NCBI GenBank assembly: GCA_964446055.1
Contig: CAYUNL010000001.1
Coordinates: forward strand, 1-48,075
Length of the DNA stretch: 48,075 nt
Reading direction: 5' to 3'
DNA from: an uncultured Alphaproteobacteria bacterium
GTDB lineage: Bacteria > Pseudomonadota > Alphaproteobacteria > VGEJ01
The notes beneath the pieces were generated by a model that did no database searches, was not told where the DNA came from, and saw only the letters and a list, made by a program, of their open reading frames with translations. This document shows, piece after piece, positions 26,416-36,037 of the stretch. A program made the position numbers and the translations under genes. Within the stretch, counting starts at the first letter, position 1. Each line of letters starts with the position of its first letter.

Positions 26416-26904
26416 TCAGGAACTCTCGAGCGGTTGCAGCGAGGGTTGCGTCAGTTGCCGCTGCTTGCGGGCGGCGGTGGAGCGGACTGCCGCCTTCGCG
26501 CCGGCGTGATGAGGAGACAGCGCGAGAGCGCGGCGACATGCCGACTCCGCTTCGTCGAACCGGCGCAACCGGGCAAGCGCCACGCCAAGGTTGTAGTGGG
26601 TGTCGGCAGCACCGGGGTTGTGGCGCACGGCCGCGCCGAGTAGCTCGATCGCCGCATCATACGCGCCGGCCTGGATCGCAGCGATTCCGGCAAGGTTAAG
26701 AGCATCGACATCGTCGGGCCGAACGGCGAGAAACAAGTGATACAGCCGCAGCGCTTCGTGCACCCGGCCTTCATCATGGGCGGCGATCGCCAGTTGCAAA
26801 CCCCGCGGGCGCTTCTCCTCGTGCCGGCGTGCGCCGCGGCCGCCAATGCTTGACCGCGCGGCGCGCCTCACATTCCCGCGGCGGCGGCGCTCCCGGCGGT
26901 TCAT
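26416..26904 (-). CDS. Short TPR-only protein, paralogous to the N-termini of the neighbouring TPR-sulfotransferase genes
   Basis: Start MNRRERRRR (ATG 26904; 26943 possible). Three TPRs: ALRLYHLFLAVRPDDVDALNLAGIAAIQAGAYDAAIELLGAAVRHNPGAADTHYNLGVALARLRRFDEAESACRRALALSP. Stop lies 9 nt before the GTG of the decayed paralog. Confidence 0.6.
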   Translation of the reverse strand: MNRRERRRRGNVRRAARSSIGGRGARRHEEKRPRGLQLAIAAHDEGRVHEALRLYHLFLAVRPDDVDALNLAGIAAIQAGAYDAAIELLGAAVRHNPGAADTHYNLGVALARLRRFDEAESACRRALALSPHHAGAKAAVRSTAARKQRQLTQPSLQPLESS

Positions 26905-27012
26905 CGCCTCACTGGCACCGCTTGTAGGGTGGCCGTCGCGCAATTCATCATCGTCTGGCTTGCTGTTCCGAACGCTGGTTCGAACACTCGGCGCGGCGCA
27001 GCTTAGCGCCTA

Positions 27013-27030
27013 TTGAGACGAACGTCTCAA
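27013..27030. promoter_or_regulatory. 18-bp perfect palindrome in a divergent promoter region (candidate operator)
   Basis: TTGAGACG-AA-CGTCTCAA. 64 nt upstream of the DUF3576 ATG (27094) and about 110 nt upstream of the TPR gene start (26904). Confidence 0.3.
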
Positions 27031-27093
27031 GTCACGTACAATTGCCATTGCGGATCATCACAGTCGGTGACGATGTTGCCGGACGGTAAACGC

Positions 27094-27630
27094 ATGGCGC
27101 TGTTCAAGAACGATACCGCTTGCTGCATCGCGCTAGCAGCCGGCGTACTGATGCTGGCTTCGTGCGGTCTTCCGATCGAGCCGGTGACCGACGACGACGT
27201 GGCGGACCCGCTACGGCCGGCGCCGGGCAGCGGATCAATATTCGGGCCTGGTGGCCTCACGGTGTTCGGTGGCGACGATTCGGATAGTGCCGGCGCGGCC
27301 GTGGGGATCGGCGTCAACAGTTTCCTGTGGCGGGCTTCGTTGGATACGCTGGCGTTCATGCCGCTGTCCTCAGCCGATCCCTTCGGCGGCGTCATCATCA
27401 CTGATTGGTACAGCCCGCCCGAAAGCCCCGATGAGCGCTTCAAGGTAACGGTGTTCATCCTCGACCGACTCCTGCGCGCCGACGGTCTCCGGGTCGCGGT
27501 GTTCCGCCAGCGTCGAACCGGCGGGGGCGATTGGGCCCAGGAGACGGTGGCCGAGACCACAGTGAGATCGATGGAGGACGCGATTCTCACCGGTGCCCGG
27601 CAGTTGCGGATCACCGCGATCGAGCAATAG
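27094..27630 (+). CDS. DUF3576-like lipoprotein
   Basis: Start MALFKNDTACCIALAAGVLMLAS|C (lipobox; 27073 also possible). Core VNSFLWRASLDTLAFMPLSSADPFGGVIITDWY matches my memory of DUF3576, which commonly precedes leuS in Alphaproteobacteria. Confidence 0.7.
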   Translation: MALFKNDTACCIALAAGVLMLASCGLPIEPVTDDDVADPLRPAPGSGSIFGPGGLTVFGGDDSDSAGAAVGIGVNSFLWRASLDTLAFMPLSSADPFGGVIITDWYSPPESPDERFKVTVFILDRLLRADGLRVAVFRQRRTGGGDWAQETVAETTVRSMEDAILTGARQLRITAIEQ

Positions 27631-27645
27631 CGTCGCACCCCGACG

Positions 27646-30213
27646 ATGTCGCGGTACGACTTCAGAGAATCGGAGGCCAAGTGGCAGGACGTGTGGGCCT
27701 CGCGCCGGACCTTCTCGGTGCGTGAGGAGGCCGGCAAGCCCAAGTACTACGTCTTGGAGATGTTCCCCTATCCCTCGGGGCGCATCCACATGGGTCACGT
27801 ACGCAACTACGCGATCGGCGACGTCGTGGCCCGATACAAGCGCGGACGCGGCGTCAACGTGCTCCACCCGATGGGCTGGGACGCCTTTGGTCTGCCGGCC
27901 GAGAATGCGGCGATGGAGAACCGGCGGCACCCCGCGCTGTGGACCAAGGACAACATCGCCGCCATGCGCGACGAGCTCAAGGCGATGGGCCTGTCCTATG
28001 ACTGGGACCGCGAGATCGCCACCTGCGAGCCCGACTACTACCGCCACCAGCAGGCCCTGTTCCTCGATTTCATGGAGGCCGGACTGGTCTACCGAAAGGA
28101 AGCCGTCGTCAACTGGGATCCCGTCGAGCAGACGGTGCTGGCGAACGAGCAGGTCATCGACGGGCGCGGCTGGCGCTCGGGCGAGCCGGTGGAAAAGCGC
28201 GCCGTTTCGCAGTGGTTCTTCAAGATTACCGAGTACGCCCAGGAGCTGTTGGAAGAGCTGGACAGACTGCCGCGCTGGCCCGAACGCGTGCTCAAGATGC
28301 AGGAGAACTGGATCGGCCGCTCCGAGGGCTTGCTCATGCGGTTCGCGCTGCGCGGCCGTGACGATTCGCTCGAAGTATTCACCACCCGGCATGACACCAT
28401 CTTCGGAGCCACGTTCTGCGCGATCTCGGCCGACCATCCCCTGGCCCGCGAACTCGGCCAGGGCGAGCCCAAGATCGCTGACTTCATCGCTGAGTGCGAC
28501 CGCTTGGGAACCAGCGAAGAAGCCATCGAAACCGCCGAGAAAAGGGGCGTGGATACCGGGCTGCGCGCCCTTCACCCCTTCCGCGAGGGCGTCGAGCTGC
28601 CGGTGTATGTCGCCAACTTCGTGCTGTTGGAGTACGGGACCGGCGCGGTGTTCGGGTGCCCGGCCCACGATCAGCGCGATTTGGAGTTCGCTACCCGCTA
28701 TGGACTGGGGGTGATCCCGGTGGTCGCGCCACGCGACGTACCGGCCTCGGAGTTCGCCATCGACGACGAGGCCTACCTCGGCGAGGGCGTCTTGATACAT
28801 TCGGAGTTTCTCGACGGGTTGAGTGTCGAGAAGGCCAAGCGTGCGGTTGCCGAGCGCATGCAGGCCAAGGGCGACGGCGAGCCGACGGTCAAGTTCCGGC
28901 TTCGCGACTGGGGCGTCTCGCGGCAGCGCTACTGGGGCTGCCCGATCCCGGTCATCCACTGCGAGGCGTGCGGAACCGTCGCGGTGCCGCGCGAGGCGCT
29001 TCCGGTGCGGCTCCCCGAAGACGTGAGCTTCGAGCGCCCGGGCAATCCCTTGGATCACCATCCGAGCTGGAAGAACGTGACCTGCCCGAACTGCGACGCT
29101 CCGGCGCTTCGCGAGACCGACACTTGCGATACCTTCGTCGATTCGTCGTGGTATTTCGCGCGCTTTTGCTCGCCCCGGGCCGAGGTGCCGCTCGACCGTG
29201 CCGCCGTCGATTATTGGCTGCCCGTGGACCAGTACATCGGCGGCATCGAGCACGCCATCCTCCACCTTCTGTATTCGCGATTCTTCACCCGTGCGCTACA
29301 AAAGTGCGGCCACGTGGGCATCGAGGAACCTTTCGCCGGCCTGTTGACCCAGGGAATGGTGTGCCACGAGACCTATCGCAGCAGCGAGGGCGGCGAATGG
29401 CTGTATCCAAACCAAGTCGCGCGACGGGATGGGCACCTGGTCCACGCCGAGAGCGGCGAACCGGTGACGGTCGGGCGCTCGGAATCGATGAGCAAGTCGA
29501 GGCGAAACACGGTCGATCCGGCGGCGATCATCGATGCCTTTGGCGCCGATGCGGCGCGTCTGTTCATGCTCTCGGACAGTCCGCCCGAGCGCGATCTCGA
29601 GTGGTCCGACACCGGCGTCGCCGGCGTGGGGCGGTTCATCAACCGGGTTTGGCGACTGGCCACCGAGCCGGCGCCCGCCCTGCCATCGCCGGACGCGCCC
29701 AAACCCGGAGGCTTCGAGGGACCGGCCGAAGCACTGAGGCGCGCCACCCACCAGACCATCGCCGCCGTCACCCAGGACTTCGAGGGATTTCATTTCAACC
29801 GGGCGGTCGCCAGAGTCCGCGAACTTGCCAACGCGCTCGGCGATACTCCGGCGGCAGCGGCCGATGACCTTGCGTGGGCCTACCGCGAGGGCCTAGAGGT
29901 GCTGGTGGTGTTGCTGGGGCCGATGATGCCGCACCTGGCGGAAGAGATGTGGCAGCGCCTTGGCCACGAAGCGCTGGTCGCCGACACGCCCTGGCCGGAG
30001 GCGGAGCGCGCCCTGTTGCAGGAGCAAACGGTCACCATCGCGGTTCAGATCAACGGCAAGCTCAAGGCCACGACCGAGGTGCCACGCGATCTCGGTGAAA
30101 GCGAGACCGCCGACGTAGCGCTTGCGGTGGTGGCGGTGCAAAAGGCGATCGCGGGAAAGAAGGTGCGGCGAACGATCGTGGTCCCGAACCGGGTGGTAAA
30201 TGTGGTGGTCTAG
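27646..30213 (+). CDS. leuS: Leucine-tRNA ligase
   Basis: 855 aa. HIGH-type motif [20 protein letters not shown]-type SMSKSRRN, and the class Ia CP1 editing region. Confidence 0.97.
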   Translation: MSRYDFRESEAKWQDVWASRRTFSVREEAGKPKYYVLEMFPYPSGRIHMGHVRNYAIGDVVARYKRGRGVNVLHPMGWDAFGLPAENAAMENRRHPALWTKDNIAAMRDELKAMGLSYDWDREIATCEPDYYRHQQALFLDFMEAGLVYRKEAVVNWDPVEQTVLANEQVIDGRGWRSGEPVEKRAVSQWFFKITEYAQELLEELDRLPRWPERVLKMQENWIGRSEGLLMRFALRGRDDSLEVFTTRHDTIFGATFCAISADHPLARELGQGEPKIADFIAECDRLGTSEEAIETAEKRGVDTGLRALHPFREGVELPVYVANFVLLEYGTGAVFGCPAHDQRDLEFATRYGLGVIPVVAPRDVPASEFAIDDEAYLGEGVLIHSEFLDGLSVEKAKRAVAERMQAKGDGEPTVKFRLRDWGVSRQRYWGCPIPVIHCEACGTVAVPREALPVRLPEDVSFERPGNPLDHHPSWKNVTCPNCDAPALRETDTCDTFVDSSWYFARFCSPRAEVPLDRAAVDYWLPVDQYIGGIEHAILHLLYSRFFTRALQKCGHVGIEEPFAGLLTQGMVCHETYRSSEGGEWLYPNQVARRDGHLVHAESGEPVTVGRSESMSKSRRNTVDPAAIIDAFGADAARLFMLSDSPPERDLEWSDTGVAGVGRFINRVWRLATEPAPALPSPDAPKPGGFEGPAEALRRATHQTIAAVTQDFEGFHFNRAVARVRELANALGDTPAAAADDLAWAYREGLEVLVVLLGPMMPHLAEEMWQRLGHEALVADTPWPEAERALLQEQTVTIAVQINGKLKATTEVPRDLGESETADVALAVVAVQKAIAGKKVRRTIVVPNRVVNVVV

Positions 30214-30712
30214 CGGCGCGGCCGCGGCGCTTGCGCTGGTGCTGGCGGGGTGCGGGTTCCAGCCGCTCTACGGCGAGCGTGCGCACGGCGACGAAACCCA
30301 GGCGGCGCTCGCCGAGGTTCGTATCGCACCCATTCCCGACCGTCTCGGGCAAGTCGTCCGTAACCATCTTCTCGATATCCTGACCCCGCGTGGGACGCCG
30401 AGCGAGGCCCGCTATCGGCTTACCGTAGTGCTGCGAAAGGCCAAAGAGGGCTTGGCTTTCGAGCAAGACGAATCGGTGACGCGCTTCGACGTGACGATCG
30501 CGGCAGACTATGAGCTCGCCGAGATCGCCAGCGGGCAAACCCTCGCCAAAGGCACCGCGCGCTCGATCGCGTCCTACAACGTGGTGCGCTCGGACTTTGC
30601 CAATACCGCCGCCGAGCGCGATGCCGAACTGCGCCTCGCCCGCGAGCTGAGCAACGAGATCGCGCTCAGGCTGGCGGTCGCGCTCGGCCGCGGCTTTGCG
30701 CACGACTCCTGA
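30200..30712 (+). CDS. lptE: LPS-assembly lipoprotein LptE
   Basis: Signal peptide with lipobox LVLAG|CGFQPLYG. About 170 aa. Canonical position between leuS and holA. Confidence 0.8.
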   Translation: MWWSSGAAAALALVLAGCGFQPLYGERAHGDETQAALAEVRIAPIPDRLGQVVRNHLLDILTPRGTPSEARYRLTVVLRKAKEGLAFEQDESVTRFDVTIAADYELAEIASGQTLAKGTARSIASYNVVRSDFANTAAERDAELRLARELSNEIALRLAVALGRGFAHDS

Positions 30713-30716
30713 GCCG

Positions 30717-31748
30717 GTGAAGATCGCGCCGCGCGACATCGATGGGTACCTCGCCCGGCCCGACCCGCAAGCCCGGGTCATCCTGGTTTACGGCCCCGAC
30801 AGCGGCCTGGTGAGCGAGCGCGGCGAGGCGCTTATGCGCGCCTTGGCCAACGACCCCGACGATCCTTTCGAGGTGAGCGAGGTCCGCGGCGCGGAGCTCC
30901 AGGGCTGGACCGAATACGGACGTTTGGCGGAGGCGGCAGCCTCGCTTTCGTTGCTCGGCGGCGGTCGCGTCATTCGGGTGCGCGGGGCCACCGATTCGCA
31001 CGCGGCGGCTCTTGAGAGGTTCCTGGATCGCGCGCCCGGCGAGGGACGAATGGTTTACGAGGCCGGTGATCTGAGGCCGAACTCGGCGCTCCGGCGGATC
31101 TGCGAGAAATCGGCGCTTGCCGCCGCGATCCCGTGCTACCTCGACAGCGGTGAGGGCTTGGTGAGGCTAATCCATAGCGCTCTTGGCGACGAGGGTTTGG
31201 CGGTTGACGCCGACGCCTTGGACTATCTCGCGGCCCGGCTCGGCGGCGACCGCCTTCAGACGCGGCGCGAACTGGAGAAGCTAGCCCTGTTCGTGGGCCC
31301 CGGCGAGACCCGCGTCAGCCTGGCTGCGGCCGAGACCGTGGTCGGCGACGTCGCGGCCATAACGCTCGAGGATCTCGCGTTCGCCGTAGCCGGGGGCGAT
31401 CAGGCGGCGCTGGTTCGCGCGCTCGGGCGCAGCCTACGCGAGGGCGGCAATGCCGTCGCGGCATTGCGCGCGGTTGTCCGCCACTTCGACCGATTGCACA
31501 GGGTGGCCAGTGACCGCGACCGCGGCGTCCGCGTCGACCAGGCCATGAAGTCGCTGCGGCCGCAGGTCTTCTACAAGCGCACCGCTGCCTTTCGGTCACA
31601 ACTCTCGGTCTGGCCGACCGAGCGCCTGGCGGCGGCGCTGCGCCTTTTGCTGGATGCCGAGATCGAGTGCAAGACCACGGGCCTGGCGCCTGACGCCACC
31701 TGCGAGCACGCGCTGATGCGGGTCGCCGGAGCCGCCCGCGCGGACTAG
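30717..31748 (+). CDS. holA: DNA polymerase III subunit delta
   Basis: GTG 30717 lies just after the lptE stop (track ATG 30696 is possible). VILVYGPDSGLVSERGEAL, and a C-terminal helical domain with LDAEIECKTTG. Conserved leuS-lptE-holA order. Confidence 0.85.
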   Translation: MKIAPRDIDGYLARPDPQARVILVYGPDSGLVSERGEALMRALANDPDDPFEVSEVRGAELQGWTEYGRLAEAAASLSLLGGGRVIRVRGATDSHAAALERFLDRAPGEGRMVYEAGDLRPNSALRRICEKSALAAAIPCYLDSGEGLVRLIHSALGDEGLAVDADALDYLAARLGGDRLQTRRELEKLALFVGPGETRVSLAAAETVVGDVAAITLEDLAFAVAGGDQAALVRALGRSLREGGNAVAALRAVVRHFDRLHRVASDRDRGVRVDQAMKSLRPQVFYKRTAAFRSQLSVWPTERLAAALRLLLDAEIECKTTGLAPDATCEHALMRVAGAARAD

Positions 31749-31776
31749 TTTGTTCTTCGTTTGTTCTACCGCCGAG

Positions 31777-32670
31777 TTAGGTCGTCGGCACGTGCTGGCA
31801 GAGGCGACGGCAAACCTCGTCGAGCTGCTCGTGTGTTTGATAGGCGATTCGAACGACGCCGCCTTTGGGTTGGCCGCGCACGATCCGATCTTGGATCACG
31901 ACCTTGAGCCCCAGCGCAGCGGAAATGTCTGCCTCCAGCGCAGTGGTGTTCACGTCCTTGAACGATGACGCCGCCGCGCCCTTTTTCGCCGCCCGTTTGG
32001 AAACTAAGCGTTCGGTCTGGCGCACGTTGAGGCCCTTGGCAACGACCTGACGCGCCAGGGCCTCCACCCCCTCGGCGGTCAGGAGCGCGCGCGCGTGCCC
32101 GGCGCTGAGCGCGCCTTCCTCTACCATCGCCTTGACCGAGCCGGGCAATGCCAACAGACGAATCGAATTGGCGATATGGCTCCGGCTCTTGCCCACGACC
32201 CGGGCAAGCTGCTCTTGGGCGTGGCCGAACTCATCCATCAATCGCCGATACGCCTCGGCCTCCTCGATCGGCGTCAGATCCTCACGCTGAATGTTCTCGA
32301 CCAGCGCCACCTCGACCAGCGCCGCGTCCTTGACGTTGCGGATCATCACCGGGACCTGGTGCAGCTTGGCCTCCTGCGCCGCCCTCCACCGGCGCTCGCC
32401 GGCTACGATCTCGTAGCGATTGTCCTGGTCGGGAAGGGGGCGGACCAGAATGGGCTGGAGGATGCCATGCTCGCGCACCGATTCGACCAGCGAGGCGAGC
32501 GCCTCGTCGGCGAAGCGACGGCGCGGCTGATCGGGGTTGGGTTGGATGAACTCGATCGGCACCTCCTTCGAGCTTCGCAGCCGCTCGAGCGCGGCGGAGT
32601 CTGCATCCTCGTCGCCGAGGCGGGCCGAGAGGCCACGGCCGCGACCGCGGGTCTGCGCGTCGGCGCGCAT
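31777..32670 (-). CDS. parB: Chromosome partitioning protein ParB
   Basis: N-terminal RGRGRGLSARLG (GRGLxALL box), IQPNPDQPRRRF, ILQPILVRP, GERRWRAA, and HTH QEQLARVVGKSRSHIANSIRLL. Confidence 0.95.
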   Translation of the reverse strand: MRADAQTRGRGRGLSARLGDEDADSAALERLRSSKEVPIEFIQPNPDQPRRRFADEALASLVESVREHGILQPILVRPLPDQDNRYEIVAGERRWRAAQEAKLHQVPVMIRNVKDAALVEVALVENIQREDLTPIEEAEAYRRLMDEFGHAQEQLARVVGKSRSHIANSIRLLALPGSVKAMVEEGALSAGHARALLTAEGVEALARQVVAKGLNVRQTERLVSKRAAKKGAAASSFKDVNTTALEADISAALGLKVVIQDRIVRGQPKGGVVRIAYQTHEQLDEVCRRLCQHVPTT

Positions 32671-33449
32671 GCCGCCTCGGGTCGTGCCTCGCGGTCAAGT
32701 ATCTCGCGGGCGAGCCGAATGTAGGCGTCGGCGCCGGCGCACCGGTGGTCGTAGAGCAACACCGGCTTGCCAAAGGATGGCGCCTCGGAGACGCGCACGT
32801 TGCGGGGGATGATCGTGTCGTAGACCTTGTCGCCCATGACCCCGCGCACGTCGCGGGCCACCTGGTCGGATAGATTGTTGCGCCGGTCGAACATCGTGAG
32901 GACAACGCCGAGGATCTGCAGACGCGGGTTGAAGGAGCGTCGGATGCGCGCGACGGTTCGCAGGAGTTGGCTCAATCCCTCGAGCGCGAAGAACTCGCAC
33001 TGCAGGGGAACCAGTATTGAATCCGCGGCCGCGAGCGCATTGAGATTCATCAGGCCCAACCCCGGCGGGCAGTCGATGATAATGTAATCGTACTCGGCTC
33101 CTGCCGCCTCGACGGCGTCGCGCAGGCGGTAGCCGCGACGCTCGGCATCGATAAGCTCGAGCTCGGCACCGGCCAGATCTACGGTCGAGGGCACGATGTC
33201 GAGGCCCGGGACTGCGGTGTGAACGATGGCCTGGCGGAGCGGGGCGAAGCCGCAGATCACGTCGTAGGTGCTGGTCTGCCGGCTGCTCTGATCGAGGCCC
33301 AGGCCGGTGCTCGCGTTGCCTTGGGGGTCGGCGTCGATGACCAAGACGCGGCGGCGGACCGCGGCAAACGCCGTGGCGAGATTTACCGCGGTCGTGGTCT
33401 TTCCAACCCCGCCCTTCTGGTTTGCGACGGCGATGACCCGTGCGCTCAA
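32403..33449 (-). CDS. parA: Chromosome partitioning ATPase ParA, as an open frame with about 89 extra codons overlapping parB
   Basis: Deviant Walker A VANQKGGVGKTTT and IIIDCPPGLG. The conserved region ends around ADAYIRLAREILDRE (about nt 32690). No stop occurs until 32403, 268 nt into parB. Confidence 0.85.
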   Translation of the reverse strand: MSARVIAVANQKGGVGKTTTAVNLATAFAAVRRRVLVIDADPQGNASTGLGLDQSSRQTSTYDVICGFAPLRQAIVHTAVPGLDIVPSTVDLAGAELELIDAERRGYRLRDAVEAAGAEYDYIIIDCPPGLGLMNLNALAAADSILVPLQCEFFALEGLSQLLRTVARIRRSFNPRLQILGVVLTMFDRRNNLSDQVARDVRGVMGDKVYDTIIPRNVRVSEAPSFGKPVLLYDHRCAGADAYIRLAREILDREARPEAACAPTRRPAVAAVASRPASATRMQTPPRSSGCEARRRCRSSSSNPTPISRAVASPTRRSPRWSNRCASMASSSPFWSAPFPTRTIATRS

Positions 33450-33477
33450 CCCTGGGAGCGAAGAGGTCGGCTCAAGG

Positions 33478-34101
33478 CTAGATTCGGAGATCTGAAAGTC
33501 CCCTCACGACGAGGACGGTGCCGCGCAAAGAGGTTACACTCTGCACCCGTTCGATGGCAATTCTCCGATATTTAGGCGCCGCGGTCAATTCGTTCTCAAC
33601 ATCTTGACCTTTCGGGAAAAGGCCGACGGTGTGAGCGGCGAAGAACGGCCGTGCATAATCGACCAGGGCCGGGAACGGCGCCAGGGCTCGCGCCGTGACG
33701 ACATCGACCGGCCAGGGATCGAGCCCCTCGATACGAGCGTGATGAATGTGGACGGCGGTCCGCGTCGCCCGCGCCACCGCGTGCAGGAAGCGGCACTTGC
33801 GGGCGTTGCTTTCGACCAGGTGCACCTCGCCGGCGCCCATGATCGCCAGCACCATGCCGGGGAAACCGGCGCCCGAGCCAAGGTCCAGCCATACCCGCGC
33901 GGGCCTGGGCGCGAGGCCCAGGAGTTGCGCGGAATCGAGCATGTGGCGGCGCCACAGGTCGACCAGGCCGGCGCGGCTTGTCAGCGCCGAACTCCGTCGC
34001 CCGCGCCGCACGAGCCCGGCATAGGTTTCGAGCCGGACCAATGTTTCACGTGAAACACCGCTCGCCGCGCGGAACGCGGCCGGGGTCATCGGTCCTGGCA
34101 A
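33478..34101 (-). CDS. rsmG: 16S rRNA (guanine527-N7)-methyltransferase
   Basis: SAM-binding DLGSGAGFPGMVLAI. About 207 aa. Canonical mnmG-rsmG-parA-parB order. Confidence 0.92.
   Translation of the reverse strand: MPGPMTPAAFRAASGVSRETLVRLETYAGLVRRGRRSSALTSRAGLVDLWRRHMLDSAQLLGLAPRPARVWLDLGSGAGFPGMVLAIMGAGEVHLVESNARKCRFLHAVARATRTAVHIHHARIEGLDPWPVDVVTARALAPFPALVDYARPFFAAHTVGLFPKGQDVENELTAAPKYRRIAIERVQSVTSLRGTVLVVRGLSDLRI
34042..34057. promoter_or_regulatory. parS: parS centromere site (perfect 16-bp palindrome)
   Basis: TGTTTCACGTGAAACA, identical to the canonical ParB-binding parS consensus. Located inside the 5' end of rsmG, about 600 bp upstream of parA. Confidence 0.88.
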
Positions 34102-34107
34102 TCTCGC

Positions 34108-35985
34108 TCAGGCGCGACTTCGCGTTGAGGTCTCGTTGCGCCGGCGAACGTGAGCCAGCAACGCCGTCAACGCGCCGGCGGTCACCCCCTCCAAGCGGGC
34201 GGCTTGCCCCAAGGTGCCGGGCCGCGCTGCGGTGAGCCGGGCCCGGACCTCATTCGAAAGGCCGCCAACGTCATCGTAGTCGAGCCCGTCGGGCAGGAGC
34301 AGCGCCTCGTCCCGGCGAAACGCCGCAATATCCGAGGCCTGCCGTTCCAGGTACCCGGCGTAGCGGGCGTCGATCTCAAGTTGTTCGGCGACGTCGGGTT
34401 CGATCGTCGCGAGCTCGGGCCAAATGCCCCCAAGGCGTGGGACGGAAACGCCCGGATAAGCCAGCAGCTCGACCGCCGTCCTGCGGACGCCGTCGCGGGT
34501 GACCGCGATCCGCTGGCGACGGGCTTCGGCCGGAGTCAGGTTGAGGGTCGCCGCGATTTCGCGGGCGCTGCGGAGCCGTTCCATCTTGGCCGCGAAGCGG
34601 TCCGCTCGCACGGTGCTCACGCAGCCGATGGACTGGGCCACCGGAGTGAGCCGCTGGTCGGCGTTATCGGCGCGCAGCGTAAGCCGGTACTCGGCGCGGG
34701 AGGTGAACATCCGGTAGGGCTCCTGGGCCCCCCGAGTCACGAGGTCGTCGATGAGGACGCCGATGTAGGCTTGCGCACGGTCGAGCACGGCGGGGCGGCC
34801 GCCGGCCACGGCGATCGCCGCGTTGAGGCCGGCCATGAGACCTTGGGCCGCCGCTTCCTCGTACCCGGTGGTTCCGTTGATCTGTCCGGCGAGGTAGAGG
34901 TGGGCCAAGGGCCGTGTCTCTAGCGTAGGCGAGAGTTGACGCGGGTCCACGTAGTCGTACTCGATGGCGTAGCCGGGGCGTCGCATCACCGCGCGCTCGA
35001 GGCCGGGAATACTCGCCAGCATCGCCGCTTGGATCTCGCGCGGCAGGGAGGTCGAGATCCCGTTGGGGTACACCGTATCGTCGTCGAGCCCTTCGGGTTC
35101 GAGGAATATCTGGTGTCGCTGCCGCGCCGCAAAGCGCACGACCTTGTCCTCGATCGATGGACAATAGCGTGGGCCGATGCCGTCGATCGCTCCCGAGTAC
35201 ATCGGCGCGCGGTGCAGATTGTCGCGTATCAGTTCGTGGGTCGCCGGCGTCGTGGCGGTCAGATGGCAAACGATCTGCTGTGTGGCGATGCCATCGTTCA
35301 TGAAGGAGAACGGGACAGGCGGGTCGTCGCCGGTCTGAACATCGAGCCCATCCCAGGCGATGGTGCTGCCGTCGAGCCGCGGGGGCGTCCCTGTCTTTAG
35401 GCGGCCGAGCCTGAATCCGTGCCGTTCCAGCGTCGCCGAGAGTCCGTGGGAAGGGGCGTCCCCGACGCGTCCCGCCGGAATCTTTTCCTCGCCCATGTGG
35501 ATCAGGCCGCGCAAGAAAGTGCCGGTGGTCAATACCACGGCGCCGCAGCGCAACGAGGCGCCGTCCGCGGCCCTCACGCCGTCGACCACGCTGTCGCGCA
35601 CCATCAGATCCTCGACCGCGTCGGCGCGAAGTTCGAGGCCCGGCTGGGCGGCAAGCGCCTCGTTCATGGCCTTCTTGTAGAGGCGGCGGTCGGCCTGGGC
35701 TCGGGGGCCACGCACCGCCGGCCCCTTGCGCCGGTTGAGGACGCGGAACTGGATGCCCGCCGCGTCCGCAACCCGGCCCATGACGCCGTCCATGGCGTCG
35801 ATCTCCCGCACGAGGTGGCCTTTGCCGATGCCACCGATCGCGGGGTTGCACGACATCTCGCCGATGGTGTCGAGCTTGTGGGTGAGAAGCAGGGTGTGCG
35901 CGCCCAAGCGGGCCGCGGCCGCGGCCGCCTCGCAGCCAGCGTGCCCGCCGCCGACCACGATCACGTCATACTTCGCGCGGCTCAT
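34108..35985 (-). CDS. mnmG: tRNA uridine 5-carboxymethylaminomethyl modification enzyme MnmG (GidA)
   Basis: FAD motif [39 protein letters not shown]. 625 aa. Confidence 0.97.
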   Translation of the reverse strand: MSRAKYDVIVVGGGHAGCEAAAAAARLGAHTLLLTHKLDTIGEMSCNPAIGGIGKGHLVREIDAMDGVMGRVADAAGIQFRVLNRRKGPAVRGPRAQADRRLYKKAMNEALAAQPGLELRADAVEDLMVRDSVVDGVRAADGASLRCGAVVLTTGTFLRGLIHMGEEKIPAGRVGDAPSHGLSATLERHGFRLGRLKTGTPPRLDGSTIAWDGLDVQTGDDPPVPFSFMNDGIATQQIVCHLTATTPATHELIRDNLHRAPMYSGAIDGIGPRYCPSIEDKVVRFAARQRHQIFLEPEGLDDDTVYPNGISTSLPREIQAAMLASIPGLERAVMRRPGYAIEYDYVDPRQLSPTLETRPLAHLYLAGQINGTTGYEEAAAQGLMAGLNAAIAVAGGRPAVLDRAQAYIGVLIDDLVTRGAQEPYRMFTSRAEYRLTLRADNADQRLTPVAQSIGCVSTVRADRFAAKMERLRSAREIAATLNLTPAEARRQRIAVTRDGVRRTAVELLAYPGVSVPRLGGIWPELATIEPDVAEQLEIDARYAGYLERQASDIAAFRRDEALLLPDGLDYDDVGGLSNEVRARLTAARPGTLGQAARLEGVTAGALTALLAHVRRRNETSTRSRA

Positions 35986-36037
35986 GGGTGCACTCTAGAT
36001 TTCGGGTTGCTTGGAGTCAAAACCACCGCGAGCACGG

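Noticed and set aside
26965-26985. GTTCCGAAC ... GTTCGAAC repeats resembling SOS-box half-sites, and a GGTTCGAAC string resembling a tRNA T-loop
   Set aside because: Half-site spacing is N8/N9, not N7. No flanking T-stem, acceptor or anticodon arms could be folded, so it is not a tRNA.
27370-29265. 631-aa minus-strand ORF antisense to leuS. The same situation occurs for 37843..39522 antisense to yyaL and 10..11 kb antisense to the cyclase.
   Set aside because: No motifs, and opposite highly conserved genes. Antisense open frames are expected at this GC content.
31752-31766. GTTC-N7-GTTC, an exact match to the alphaproteobacterial LexA/SOS-box pattern, within a TTTGTTCT direct repeat
   Set aside because: It lies in the 28-bp gap between the convergent stop codons of holA and parB. 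No promoter or downstream gene is available to regulate. It is most likely a chance match in a T-rich spacer.
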